64,000 nt of DNA from Tubiluchus corallicola (Eukaryota; Animalia; Priapulida). Below, piece after piece: positions 1-64,000 of the stretch; position 1 is the stretch's first letter, and every line of letters starts with the position of its first letter. The notes below the pieces were generated by a model. The model searched no databases. It saw only the letters and a program-made list of their open reading frames with translations, and was not told the DNA's origin. The stretch covers positions 62,001-126,000 of the forward strand of contig JAQGDQ010000405.1 in the NCBI GenBank assembly GCA_030141605.1, read 5' to 3'. The translations under genes were made by a program, and so were the position numbers.

Positions 1-789
1 TTTTGCAGAACTTATCCTTCTTATTTTTAGAGATCGGGGGGTGGTAGGGGGCTGTGGGCCCAGAACAAATAATCTAAAACAGATACAGATACTAAAAATA
101 ATATGACCACAAATCTATAGGAAAAGGCATAATCAGCATGTAGAATGCCTTATCTATTGAAACAAAAACATTTCTACAAAACAACTAATATTTCTAATTT
201 TAAAACTTCATTGAAAAAAGTTAAAATGATTATAACAGACCATTCCACAATGGAGGCGAATGAAATTGCTATGCAGACTGAATGTAGGTAAGTTTGCTAA
301 TGGCATGCGGGCAAGTTTGGTACAGGTAAAATTGGTACGAGGAAAGTTTGGTACTGACAAAATTTGGTACTAGGAATTTTTAGTTTGCAATATCGTCTTT
401 AGGTACAAGGAATTTTTAGAACTAGGAAAATGAGGTATGAGTAATGTTCAGTACAAGGAAAATAACCAGGATTGTTTCATACTGAGAAATATTGGTACAA
501 GGAAATTTTAGTGTAAGGAAAATATCGTACTAAGATAGTTCGGTACTGGAAAATTTGGTACTAAACGAAAAATAGAGCGTTCCTATGTCTCAGTACAAAA
601 TAATTGTTTCAACTGGAAAAGAGGAAATTTGGAACTAGGAAGGTCTGGTTTATGAAAAAGTTCAGAAAACCTCAGATTACTTTTTCTGTTTTTTTACAAA
701 ACTTATCAAACTGATATAAGAAGTGGGCAGTGATGGCCGAAGGTCCTGTATAAGCATGGTTTGGTTTCCTATGAAGCCTCTTTTTGAAC

Positions 790-1380
790 CGTTCTGCTTG
801 ATGCTCCTACTACTGCTGCTGCTGGCATGGTGATGGAGATGGTGTAATGTTGTCATGATGCTGCTGTTTGCAGCAGTGGCAGTGGCAGAGATGGCATGTC
901 ATCATGAAGATCATAGCTGTCATCGTCATTGAAATTACTTGTGTTTCTTGTAGATAATTTGTTACTGCTGCATCTGATTTGGCTTTTACTGTTGTTAACA
1001 TGGTGATCGATAAATAGAGATGCACTATGGTGATATTAACAATGATGATGGTGATGATGATGATGACGATAATAAGGACAACAAAAGCTAACATACATTA
1101 ATATACGACAAGAACTAACGTACATCAATATAACAGCATCAGTAAGAACAATAGTTAACAACTGCAGGAGCAACAATGATGACATCGACAGCAGCAACAG
1201 GACAAAAGTAACAATGGTGACACCAATAATGATAATTATCATTATTATTATAATGATGATTTTGATGTTGATATCAGTGATAATGATGACCATGGTAGTA
1301 GGCATAAAAAAGTGTAACCAAGAAATAGAAAAACAACAAGAAACTAACAGAAAAACAAATAAAAACAAATGCAACAATGT
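790..1380. repeat. Degenerate trinucleotide-rich low-complexity tract (GAT/CAT/CAA/GCT)
   Basis: Runs such as gatgatggtgatgatgatgatgacgat and aacaacaag; the Ile/Met/His-rich ORFs here are repeat artefacts. Confidence 0.7.
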
Positions 1381-1490
1381 GAGCCTCTATAATTTCTTCG
1401 AGTAGGTTATACAAACATATATTTTCGTAGTACCGAACTTTCTCTGTATCAAACTTTCCCAGTACTAAACATTCCTAATACCAAACTTTC

Positions 1491-3159
1491 GGCTTGTATT
1501 CCATCAGCACCTGGTGCTTTGCCATGGGAGGTTTGTTCAATGGCTTTGACGATCTCCTCTAGTGTTGATGGTTGATCTAGGTCTTCATTTATTTTCATTT
1601 GGGGTAGTCGGTCTATTGCTTCTGCGTTTATGGATGATGGTCGGTTTAGAACAGTGTTGAAATGTTCTGCCCATCTTTTTAGGATGCCAGACTTGTCAGT
1701 TAGCAACTTTGTTCCATCTGCATTGAGGAGTGGTGAAGTCCCAGATGGTTGTGGACCGTAGATGGACTTGAGGGCATCATAGAACTTTTTTGAGTTGTTG
1801 GTGTCAGTGTAGTGTTGTATTTCTTCTGCTTTCCTTGACAGCCAAGCGTCTTGCATTTCACGGAGTTTCCTTTGCACCTCATTGCGTCTATGTATGAATG
1901 CTATCTTCGCTTCTGATGTGGGGTCATTTTTGTTGCATCCAGGTTGCTTTATTGTGCTTGGGAAGACGGAATAGGGTGTTTGTGATGATGAGTTCATGGC
2001 TTGCACACGTTTGTAATAGCAGGATCCCATTGCTGTTACATTTTCCCACTCCTTGTGTGCCAATAAGTCCTTCCCATGATTGGTGATCTGTACCCACTCT
2101 AGCATTGAAATCTCCAAGTAGTATGAACTTGTCTGATGTTGGAACATATGCGATGGTAGCATCTGGCTCTTCATAAAACTTGATATTGACGTCATCTGGG
2201 TTGGTCATGGTTGGGGCATATGCACTTATGAGTGTAGCTTTCTTCCCTTTCGTGAGGGGTAGTTGGAGAGTCATAAGCCGGTCGTTGATGCCATCTGGAA
2301 GTTTTAAGAGGTTCTTCACAAGGCCATTTCTGACTGCAAATCCAACTCCTGCCTCTCTTTTCTCACCGGATGGTCTCCCACTCCAAAAGAAAGTGTATCT
2401 GCCGCCAGCTTCAGAGAGTTGTCGTTTGTTTGCAAATAGTGTTTCGCTGAGGGCAGCTATATCAATTTTGTATCTTTGTAATTCTTTTGCTACAAGCGCA
2501 ATTCTTCTTTCAGGTCTGTTGGTGTTGCCATTGTTGAGCAGTGTCCTGACGTTCTAGGCACCCAATGTTAGTGTTGGTGGAAAGTGTTGAGGCAGGCTAT
2601 ATTTGGGACACCTTTTCTAGTCCACTCCCCATGCTACGGGGGTGAGCAGGGCATTCCTAAAGAGGGTTACTTTGTCGCCCAGGGGGCTTCCGAACTCCGC
2701 TGCTGCCTCGGTCAGTTGAGAGCGGCCACATGCCCTGAGCCGCCTGTGTGTAGGTTTGTGACTGCAGCTTGAGTATAATCCGCACTTGCAGGTTCACCAA
2801 TCCCCCATCGCCACAGGACTTTGATTTTTTGGTGCATGACTTGTGCATGACTTGGTTTAAAGTGAGGGAGGGATTGCACCAGGTCACTAGCCTCACTCTC
2901 TCCACGCCAGAAGTATGATCCACGGGAAAGGCAGAGCCAGTACATCTGGTACTTCAGGCATCGCAGGAGTTGTCGGAATCATGGTGCTATGCAACGTGAC
3001 CTGCCTATAGGGATTCCAGCTCCGGATTTTTCCTTGGGGTTTACTCTCGAAGTCTTTCTCACGGAGGGTATAGCCACAAGGCAGTGGAGATTTGTGATCA
3101 GTGTTTTCCTTCACCTAGATCGATCGCCAGCCAAGGCTAAGGAGCCCCATCTACCCCCA
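1491..3159 (-). mobile_element. RTE-clade (BovB-like) LINE: 5' UTR, AP endonuclease and linker; truncated before the RT core, pseudogenised
   Basis: Minus strand encodes NVRTLL..RPERRIALVAKELQRYKIDIAALSET..YTFFWSG..GVGFAV, LISAYAPT, FILLGDFNARVG, NSNGILLL..LIITNT, then KRWAEHFNTVLNRPS..GKAPGADGIQAE. It has an in-frame stop and an internal deletion. Confidence 0.9.
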
Positions 3160-4039
3160 ATTTTACCTTGTACTATATTTACTTGTACCAAAAATGCTTG
3201 ACAAATCTTCGTTAGTGCTATATTTTCTCGGTGCCAAATTTCCTAGTACCAGAATTTCCCTTGACCAAAAAATTCCTAGTACCAAATTTTCCCTTTCTAC
3301 CATTTATGATTGGAAAGTGTTGCCCCTTATTGTTAATGAAGTTCTTGGGAGACATGCTGTTTCAAAATGATGTTGACGACATTTTTACTTGTGTACCCTG
3401 TTTGAGCAAGCTTCAGAATGGATGCTTGTCTATAAAAGTCTAATTGAGACACCTGCAAGTTGGGTAAAATGGATATAGTGTTCATTTTATCTCAGGGGTC
3501 TCCAGAATAATTATTTGGTAGGCATTTGGCTTAACGTCTTAACGTTCTTTTGACGTCTCAGTGGATTTTGATTGCCCACCTAAACACTTTAAGTTACATT
3601 ATATATAATATAGATAACACAAAACAAAACGATTGATAAAATAATATCGAGATACATAAAATTCACTAGTTCCTTTAACGTAGACAGGCAACTAATATAT
3701 AAATTCTAAGAAATTGTGATATGGCTAATTCATTTCTATTTTCATTCCTAACAGGGTGACTGCTGCTAGTTTATACCTTAGCTGTTAACACAGGTTATTG
3801 ATTTAGGTGTATAATAGTCTTCCAAGGCCAAGGAATCCATCTCCAATGCTAAAAGGACCTTTTCACATCACCTCACTGCAGATCTCAAAATGGCTACCAA
3901 CATGGCTATTAATACAATTGCGCATGTAATACGTTTGCGACTTTGCACCTTCTACTGCAGATAGTGTGATTAGTTTAGTGTCGAGATGTAGGTTTCAAAG
4001 GCTAAATGAAGATAGGGTGATTTTTTTATATCCCATATC

Positions 4040-4960
4040 TCATTTTCAAATATGGTAAGGCTTCCGCTAATGGGCATTTTCCTGGACCAATATATCAAAA
4101 TTTTGCAGAAAACTGTCGAAACAGCACCTAGAAAAACTCTATTTGTACAGCTATTGGGGCATGGTGAGAGAAAAATAAACAAGCTTGCGGAAAGAGGACG
4201 AAACGGTGTACAGGGCATGATTGTATCTTTTAGAGAGAGGTCCACTAGATGAAACATGAAGGGTGTATCAAAGTTTTTTTTTAACCTCCCACTGCTGCAT
4301 GCTGATTGGAATATTCATTGCCTTTGAGTTTGAAAAATTTCGCAGCTGTTCCAGGCATTCTTGTCATCTGCTGTTCTACTGCGTTATAGATTTTACTTGT
4401 AAGCTTTGTTAAGCTAATATCATCAGAGAAGCCATAAGTACACTGTCTGTGCATTATTGATCATTGGTAGACAAACTAAGAGTATTTATTATACCACACA
4501 CATTCGACGTTGTGCAAAATATTTTGAATGGTTTCACTGTGATACTGTACTGTTGGTAATGGTGCTGTAGGTGTCATCATCGTTGTCGTTATCTTCATAA
4601 TCGCCATCATGATCACCGTTTGATGAGGTTGGTTTGGTGTGGTGTGGTGTAGTCAGTGTGCGGTGGATGGTGTGGTTCAGTGGGTGTTGTGTGGGGTGGA
4701 GTGCTATGGATGGTGTGGTATGGTGTGTGTGGTGTTGGTAGAGTTCTGTGGTGGTTTGATAGGGTGTGGGTGGTGCTCATGTTGTGTGAGTGTGGTGTGT
4801 TGTGGGTGGGGTGCTATGATATGAGTGGTGTGGTGTTGTGGTGTGGTGTTGTGGTGTGGTGTGGGTGGTGTGTTGTGAATGGGGTGGCAGATGGTTTGTG
4901 TAGTGTGGTGTTGGTTGTTGTGAGTTTATGTGCAAAATTCTTTTTGCTGGGTTTTGCTAG
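4040..4960 (+). mobile_element. Helitron-like non-autonomous repeat, copy with GTG microsatellite
   Basis: Shares blocks with copies at 14521, 17235 and 20030. Ends gcaaaa-ttct-ttttgc hairpin, short spacer, then CTAG|T. Confidence 0.65.
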
Positions 4961-6254
4961 TAATAGATTAAAGTCTTAATTAATGGCAAGCTCAACCATT
5001 GATGACATCACAAATGAACATAAATTTCAACAGCACAAATACTTCATGAGCGTGTTGCACGTGTTTGCATAAGCATAGATTGAAGTACAGTGCTAGTGTA
5101 AGAGATGCAGTGTGTTGTACTAAAACTGTGCAAGTTTTAAGATAAAAATTCAAATTTCAAATTTACCGCTGGGCTCACTCAAGTGCTGTCGGATGTGTTA
5201 ACAACATCAAAAACAAAGACCTCTGAAATGAGAGGTTCGGCAGCTGTTTATGTGCAATGCCTTTCTGAAGTGGAGGCTAAAGTACCCATCTAACTGGCGA
5301 ATCGCGACATGCATGTAACTGTGAAAAGCTAGTGGCCCGAATGGGAAACTGCGGTTGTGTGGTAGTAATTCTTTCACGTAAGAAGTAGTATGAAAAAATA
5401 GCATGTTCCTCTTCAATATTTTAAAAAGTAGATTGTTTTGACCTACAGTAGATTAGGTTGGTTTTTCTTTAAGGCCTTTATTTCTACTAGTAAAGTACAA
5501 GTAAAGTGTCAAATAGTTGCACAGACAGGCAGACATATGGCGTCGGTCGCCTTAATCAACTCTATTGAATTAGGTAATAAAGAATTAAAGACTTAGTGAT
5601 TAGCGTTAACACAGTTATGCATATGTGTTAATACTATAAAAACTACACCACAATCTATATGGTGTATCATATGTATAGCATTGCAGCTTTCCACAAGTTG
5701 CATATAATAGTTTTTGAGTGCACACAAGGAAGATGCCACCCACGAAGAAGTACTAAAATTTCCCACAGTTCATACAGAGTTTTGTATACATATTACACAA
5801 ACTTTAGTTTCATTTCTGCGGTCAGAGTATATAACCCTTATGCGACTTATGATCAAAAGTGGTTATTCATGTATTCATAGAATAAAGTTTTAAGAAATAA
5901 GAATTTTGTGTTCTAAGAATGAGCATGTCGTCCTCATTGAGGAAATTAGTTATACAAAACATGACACTTTCTGGACCTGTATTCCTGCTATTACGTGGGA
6001 AATTCTAGCATCTCAGTTGTACCTCAAACATTTATTCTGTGAATGAACAAGCACATGATTTTACCACTTTAAATCTTCATCACTAGCAATGTTAGCGATG
6101 TTTACAGTGTCAACATATTTCCCTGTCCTGGATGTACTGCTAAATTTGTTTAGTTAGGATTGCATATGCTATTTGATAGTTTATGAATCTAAGCAAGGGC
6201 AGCATATGCTGCCAGATAGCTTTTTAGTGTTAAAAATGAACGTTATGTAGTTTT

Positions 6255-6570
6255 TAACAGCTAACCTGTGACTCTATTGCCTTCTGTATCAAAAACTCTT
6301 GAAAAATACCTAAACACATGTATATAAGAGTCTGTTGTCACATAGGCATTGTGACTTCGTACCTGCAAACTCACCTGCTTATCAATTACTCCATCTTGCG
6401 CACTCTGTTTATAAAACACTTGAAAATGGTTACTGGTTCCAGGTTATCATTTTGAACGCATCAACAGCTTTTGATCATGTGTGGCACAGGAACCTATTAG
6501 CAAAAGCAGCAGCAAAAGGCTTTTTTGGAAATCTTTTCAGTTGATCAACTTCTTATACCTATGATATACT
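6255..6570 (+). mobile_element. Degenerate CR1/L2-type LINE reverse transcriptase fragment
   Basis: SKTLEK..AYQLLHLAHSVYKTLENG..IILNASTAFDHVWHRNLLAK resembles the RT motif LDxSKAFDxVWH. Confidence 0.7.
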
Positions 6571-7229
6571 TCAAATACCTGGGACTGCTGTTACTGATGT
6601 TGTTTAGTCTGTGTATGCATAACAGTCTAAGTGTATGTGTATATATAACATTTAATTTTGTTAGGTAAACCTCTATCCCCTCAAATGACTTTGGAAGAAA
6701 TAAGTAACATGGTTATGAAGACAGCACGTGGGCATTAGAAGTATATGGTTTGCTTTTGACTAACCTTAGTTGTTGTTGTGCCAACCCTAACCCTACTTGT
6801 GCTCTCTGCATCTTTGAGTAATTAACGGGAGCATTTGTTATCATTTTCCTTTTCTTTTAATTCTATAGTCTAGGCGGGTATTAATCCAGCATCCTATTAT
6901 TTGTCTTTTTGATGTTTTATCCATTAGGCCAGATTGGATGAACCTCCACGTGCTGTATTTTAATTGGTATGAAGTACTTGTTGGTAAAGTTGTGCTTTCC
7001 TAGCCACCCCTGTGTTTTAATCTGTAGTTCTTTATATACGAATAATAAAATATTTATTGAGTAGAGCAGATTCAACCACCCTTCTTTTTCTTTCCCTCCC
7101 AGGGCACTAGGAGAGGAGGAGGAATGAAGAGGCCACAGCAGCTGCTTTCCTGCCCCCCAAAAAATAAAAATCACACTACTGACGCACAGAGATGGGTTTT
7201 GTCGGTATAATCAGTAGTTCAGTACAACA

Positions 7230-7585
7230 GTTTATTTTGTTTCTGAAATTTAAGCTGAAGTCAGCATCCTTATCATCTGATATTGTTATTTCTGTTGCTG
7301 ATGTCAAAGATATTCTTATTTCTTTACATGCATCCAAAGCTAATGGACCAAATTAGATTAACAATAAAGTGCTTAAACTGTCTGCACCAATTTTCTGTAA
7401 CTTCTGGCTAAACTTGTACTTTCTATAGCTGTATTTTCTTAGTATATGGTATGCTAGTGTCACATAGGCATTGTGGCTTCGTACCTGTAGATTCAGTTAC
7501 TACATTTTGTGCACTCTGCTTATGAAACACTTGAAACAAGTTACTGGTTCCAGGTTATTGTTGTGAACGTATCGACAGCTTTAAC
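7230..7585 (+). mobile_element. Degenerate CR1-type LINE fragment
   Basis: VKDILISLHASKANGP..INNKVLK is a typical pre-RT linker. About 7457-7582 closely repeats about 6336-6470. Confidence 0.6.
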
Positions 7586-8339
7586 GTATCAGCAGTGTCA
7601 ACGTATCAACAGTCAGTGGCGTGCAGTGTGTCGAGGAACAATGCATGCATCCAACTAGGGCGATGCCCAACCACATTTTAGTGGTAATCCTCTGCGAGTC
7701 CTCTAGCGGGTATTTTATGAGGCCTCAAATGAGACCTAAATTCTGGTACACAGACTTCCTCAAACGTGAAAAATGTACTTATAATAAGTCAATTTTTATG
7801 CAAATTTATCTATATAAATTTATCTATAACTTTTGTAGCTAACGTAGAGAATAGATCATAGCTATTTGAGATTCAGCGGCCCTATGGTTGAACTAACAAA
7901 TTGTAGGCCTCATTCCGTTTCTGTTGTCCAGGGCTTACCTAAAATACTTGAGAGAGAAATAACTGGTGGCCAGTAGCAGCTGAAATGTTGGTCAACCTTA
8001 CATGAAATCCTGGTGCAACTCATTCATTCAAATGAATGGCACTTCTGCATCGCTTGGCAATTACCGCAAAATAATAACCATAGTTTCTATACTAACTATA
8101 CTAACAATAATAATTATAGTTTCTTTACATTTGAGACGGATAAGCCATCTCTAAACTAAGTTCCCTTAAGTACTGGAAGTGTTAGTGTGAGAACAGAGCC
8201 CATAACAATATCTAGCGCACTTAATTAAACTCATTTGATGTAGCGTCAGCATTAAAATATATACAATTTTTATTCATTATCCACTTAGAAAAATGTTTAG
8301 TAAAACTATTCACTTATTAACTTGTTATTGTTCACTTAT

Positions 8340-8657
8340 CTTTGGAGCAAGAACAGGGCTATACAATGATGTGGGCTGCATTTTAGGATGTTTCTTTCCT
8401 GGGGAGCTGTGATGAGTTGATTAGTGGTTCCATTTTGCATGATTTTCGCTTAGAAAACTGCTGACGCAAAGCCATTGTTCTGACGTCACCCATTATACTC
8501 TGCTTAAAACCTTATAACTTTAATTCAGTAAAAGATGCCACTGGCTTTGCGTTATAAGTGAGGACTATGTAGGATTTTTGCATATTATTGATTATAAGTG
8601 TACTCGAACGCAAATTTTTTTACGGGGCCTTTGCTAGTCGTTTATATTAATTTCGCT

Positions 8658-8698
<41 letters not shown>

Positions 8699-8950
8699 CA
8701 ACGGTGGGTGTAGTAGGCGTATTTAGAATTTGCGAGACGGCCACAGCGTCCCGTAATGGGCATTTTTCCGGACCAAACTTCCGATATTTTCGAAATTTTT
8801 GTCAAACAGCCTGCAGAAAAAAATGTTCTAGTGGCGCCTGGTGGGACTCTCAAAAGGAGATATATAGTTCTTTTGAAAGAGGAAGAATATGGGCTGTGGG
8901 CTATGTTTTAGTACACGTTCATCAAGAGGAGCGCCGACAAGTTAATACAA
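8340..8950 (+). mobile_element. Helitron-like repeat: 3' end of one unit (CTAG at 8634-8637) followed by (TA)n and part of a second unit
   Basis: Blocks shared with 14521-16372 (gacgcaaagccattgttctgacgtca; tatttagaatttgcgagacggccacagcgtcccgtaatgggcatttttccggacc). Confidence 0.6.
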
Positions 8951-8994
8951 CCACTGGTCAAGGGGGAAGGGTAGTGGGCGTTGGTCAGTTTTTC

Positions 8995-9925
8995 CTTTAG
9001 CTCGTAACACCTCCTAGGGCTTTTGTTTTTTTCCAAATATTTATTTCACAAGTATTTTTTTTGTACTGTGGGGTTGGTGTGCACCTGGGGTTTTAAAAAA
9101 ATTGACAAGCTTTAAATGCCCGAGTGAGGGGCAAAAATGCAAACTCTCGCCAAAGTTATGTGCGTATACACGTGACCCGAGTTGCCGGGTCAAAGGTCAC
9201 GGAGCAGTCGGGTCTTCATTTATTTTTCCTTCTGCATCCATAGTTTTTGAGTTACGGCGGCAATATTTGGTATGTGGTTAGGTGGGGGCAAGTTGTTGGA
9301 TATGGCAAATTATGGGTGATTTGGAGGGTGGGAAAATTTTCCCTAGGAGGCAAAAACCAAAAAATGGGTGTTGGGAACAGAAATGCATCAAGTGTCTTAG
9401 AATAGTACCGTGTAGCATATGAAATGAAAGGCCTCGATGAGACGAGTCGAATGGCAAAGGTTACAACGAGAATGGCTAACCCGCGACCCCGCTAGGGGGC
9501 AAAAACTGAAAAATGGTGGTCGAGAACTGAAGTGCACTGAGTCTTGTTGAGTAATGAAACCTTGTAACATATCAACAATGAGGCATATCGACTGGCATAG
9601 GTTTCAGTGAGAATAGTTAATGCGCGACCCCGCTAGGGGGCAAAAACCAAAAAATGGGGGTCGGGAACAGAAATGCATCGAGTGTCTACGAATAGTACCA
9701 TGTAGCAAATCAAATGAAAAGTCTTGATGAGGCAAATAGAATGGTATAGGTTACAGTGTGAATTGTTAACCTGTGACCCGGTTAGGGGCAAAATAGGGGT
9801 CGAGGAGACAAATGCCTTCCAGGGTCTATCAAAAATCGGTTTATTCTATATCAAATGAAAGGTCTCAATGAGTCAAACTGAACGATATACGTTATGCAAA
9901 GATTGTTAACCTATGACCCGTGGGT
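8995..9925. repeat. Interspersed element with an internal ~140-150-bp tandem array (4 units); possibly Helentron/HINE-like
   Basis: Unit ctagggggcaaaaac..aaaaatgg..tcgggaacagaaatgcatc..atcaaatgaaaggcctcgatgag..gttaacc recurs at ~9341, 9491, 9631 and 9781. Confidence 0.65.
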
Positions 9926-10849
9926 GATTGTCTGAACAGTTAAATGCTGAGGTTTCATTGTGAAATGCACTTTCCATGTATTCAAGCAATTCGATAAAAG
10001 AAGATAAGCACATTCAAAAAAAGGCTGTCGTGTCTTCATTTTTAAGGCTGAATTTTACAACTATTGTTTGCAAAATCTTCAGTTTCTGACCATGTCAGAA
10101 ACATTGTCAACTAGTTTATTTTGTTTATTGTTACAAAAAATGACGTGTAGTAGGCTAGTTAGCGAGACTTTAAATCTTAAAGTGTTATGAATTTCTTAGA
10201 GTGTTGCAATATGACCTACTAACCCGTATTTTTTCTATAGAGTGTTGTGAATATGATAAGCTACTAAATTGCATTTTTCCTTTGTTTGGGATGTGATTTA
10301 TTGACTTGTCGAACGTAGCAAAACTTTTTAGTCTTTATGTGATATACAGTAAGTCCAGTTTATAAGAGCTGCTAAATTGTTACATGCACCTATTGCCAAA
10401 ATTTATGCTGCAATCTTATACGTGTGCGATGGTATGGCAGCGGATTTTTTAAACTAGTTAAAATATTGGAAACACTGTTTGATTAAGTGTTAAATAAGAT
10501 GTTAAAGTTAATGAATGAAGAAAATTTAGTCTTAAAGCATATAATATATATTTATATATTATAAAATATCGTGATTGCATACAGGTCCATGACTTGTGTA
10601 GTGTGATGGTTTCGCTAAACCTATAGTATAATACAATATTAGGGTAAAATGTTGATAAATACTAGTAATAATAGTTAATTATTAGAAATATTTACAAGTG
10701 TTCTTTTTCTTTTTTTGGGAATTAGAAAGCATGCAGTGCATGTATGGACTACATGCTGCTGTCAACAACGTATCAACATCAACAGTAGAATGTAAAATAA
10801 GGATGAATGTTGTTTTGTTTCTAATAACTGCCCAGTGTTTTTACTCTCA

Positions 10850-11285
10850 TGAACATCAAAAGTTTTTCGAAAAAATAATATTTAGACATATGTATAATTT
10901 TATGACTTATAATAGTTTATTATATGCTAAACAGTCAGGCTTTGAACCCAGCAGTTCTCCAGTTACCTTATTTAGTGCATTCTACTTATCAAGCACTTGA
11001 TTCAAGTTATGAACTTTGGTCAATTTTCTTGGATATATCTAAGGGTTTGACCGTGTTTGGCACCAGGGGCATTAAGCAAAACTCTATACAAATGGAATCA
11101 AAAGAACCCCTTAAAATGGTTAGTGCCTAAACATCTTACCTAACTGAAAGAAGGCAAATTGTTACAATTGATGGCTTGATGCAGTTGTATGCAGGTGTTC
11201 CTCAGGGTTCTACCCTTTGGCCGTAAGTGTTTCTACATTTTCATTAATGCTATAACAGCTAATACTCAACCTGATATATCTATGA
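10850..11285 (+). mobile_element. Degenerate CR1-type LINE reverse transcriptase fragment
   Basis: KFFEKII..NSLLYAKQSGF..LVHSTYQALDS..IFLDISK..SYLTERRQIVTIDG..AGVPQGS..FIN, with frameshifts. Confidence 0.8.
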
Positions 11286-11756
11286 AAGCTAAAGTTTTCA
11301 CTTCTTTGTTCAAAGTGTGGTTTTGTATTGGAAATTACAACTCATTTTTATTGCAGTGTAATAATTAAATACCACGACGTTAGACAAATTTTATTAACTA
11401 ACATTTATCTGTTATTAGTGCTATTGTTAATTTTAAAAAACTTTCCTTTAAAGAATTTTGTCAGTCTGTCATTCTTGACACTCAACTTTTGCAACTTCTA
11501 ATTTGGCCAAAACACACCATACAGAAGTGTTTATGCTGCACTTCATAAGGTCTTTCAGTAAGTACTGGTCAATGGTGGTTCAGTTTGAGAGATACTGATC
11601 AATATTTGTAGTAACAGCAAAAACTTTAGTTAAGCAATTTGTGGATATTTCGTTGCTAATGCTGTTATTAAATGAATAGGTATGTTTATATATTAACTTT
11701 CAGATAATTTGATATATTTTCAAGCTGACCCTTGCTGGTGTCATAACAGTCACATT

Positions 11757-63322
<51,566 letters not shown>

Positions 63323-64000
63323 GTACCTAACCATATAGAACTTAAACTTGATATTGTTGTGATCAGACAGAAATTGGGACTACTTGAAATTAATTAAACT
63401 GTGGCTTGTGAAAATTTTAATATTGATGCTGTAAAGTTTTGCATTATCTTTCGTAGATCTTTAAAAAGTAGGTATTTTAAAATGACAAACGACTGTTGTT
63501 CATTAACTTGAATTGCTGGAGATGCTGTCTTTCAGTAATAGAATATATTATCAATTGCAAACAAATTAAAAAATTTACCCTTAGCCCTTACACTTTTTGA
63601 AGTTACAGATATTACCTACTCATAATTTTTTAAATAACAGGTAATTAAAAATGTATGCATTTGTTAAATTTTTTACTTGTTACAGATTTTACGTAAAACA
63701 TTCATACTTTTATATATTTTCCTTCAGGTTTTAATTGAAAATTTAAAGAAAACTGGGACAATTTTTCCAAAAAAGTATAGTCAAAATATACATTTTATCG
63801 CCCATAATAACGTGAAAATATTCCTGATTGCCTAAATATCACAAAATGAGGCTAGAGATAATGTCATATTTTTTCTTAGAAATGTTTCGTGAGTGTGTTG
63901 ATATTGTTTGCAAGCAAAACTTGAATTACTGTGTTACCATGTTACTATGATGCAGATATATCATAATCAATGTGCAAATTCCAGACTGTGCAACATCAGA

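Larger units (their letters stand above)
305..3298. mobile_element. Foldback-like non-autonomous element with inverted arms of ~20-bp degenerate repeats, interrupted by an RTE LINE
   Basis: Motif AAATTTGGTACTAGGAA is repeated on + at ~310-650 and in reverse at ~1420-1490 and ~3160-3298. 359-381 (aaaatttggtactaggaattttt) is the exact reverse complement of 3268-3290. Confidence 0.55.

Noticed and set aside
239-287. Possible small exon (tataacag acceptor, strong gtaagt donor)
   Set aside because: No recognisable peptide or phase-linked partner; could be a 5' UTR exon but cannot be supported.
810-1405. Hydrophobic Ile-rich ORFs resembling membrane proteins
   Set aside because: Arise from a degenerate trinucleotide tract.
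3660-5556. Isolated Kolobok-like TTAA-RR termini (near 3677 and 5555)
   Set aside because: No matching partner termini found.
6666-6760. Acceptor-like ttag|gt with downstream tggtttgcttttgactaa similar to the micro-exon intron motif
   Set aside because: Lies upstream of the putative ATG, the frame ends in a stop, and the similarity is too short.
63728-63835. Candidate next TEP exon after ttccttcag (VLIENLKK...)
   Set aside because: Does not resemble the expected MG5 continuation (VxSRGxI) and runs into a stop without a convincing donor.

Overview
AT-rich, repeat-dense eukaryotic DNA, most likely from an invertebrate metazoan; no prokaryotic system, CRISPR array, rRNA or tRNA gene is supported. 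The main feature is one large + strand gene for a secreted thioester-protein family member (alpha-2-macroglobulin/CD109/TEP-like). I could thread it by hand through 18 phase-compatible GT-AG exons from 11757 to 63322 (3240 nt, 1080 codons); it runs off the right edge in domain MG5, so the bait region and thioester are not visible. The protein is unusual. A signal peptide is followed by an N-terminal extension built from duplicated phase-1 micro-exons, some copies of which have decayed. Two Gly/Lys- and Gly/Gln-rich tandem-repeat inserts of about 220-230 aa sit in loops of MG1, and smaller Gly/Gln inserts sit in MG4. Introns and flanks are filled with transposon debris: a Helitron-like family (hairpin + CTAG ends, microsatellite cargo), RTE, CR1-like and RTEX-like LINEs, a BEL/Pao LTR element, a near-intact hAT-Buster transposase, Academ-like remnants, a THAP remnant and several MITEs. 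All family assignments come from motif recognition by eye, and transposon boundaries are approximate.
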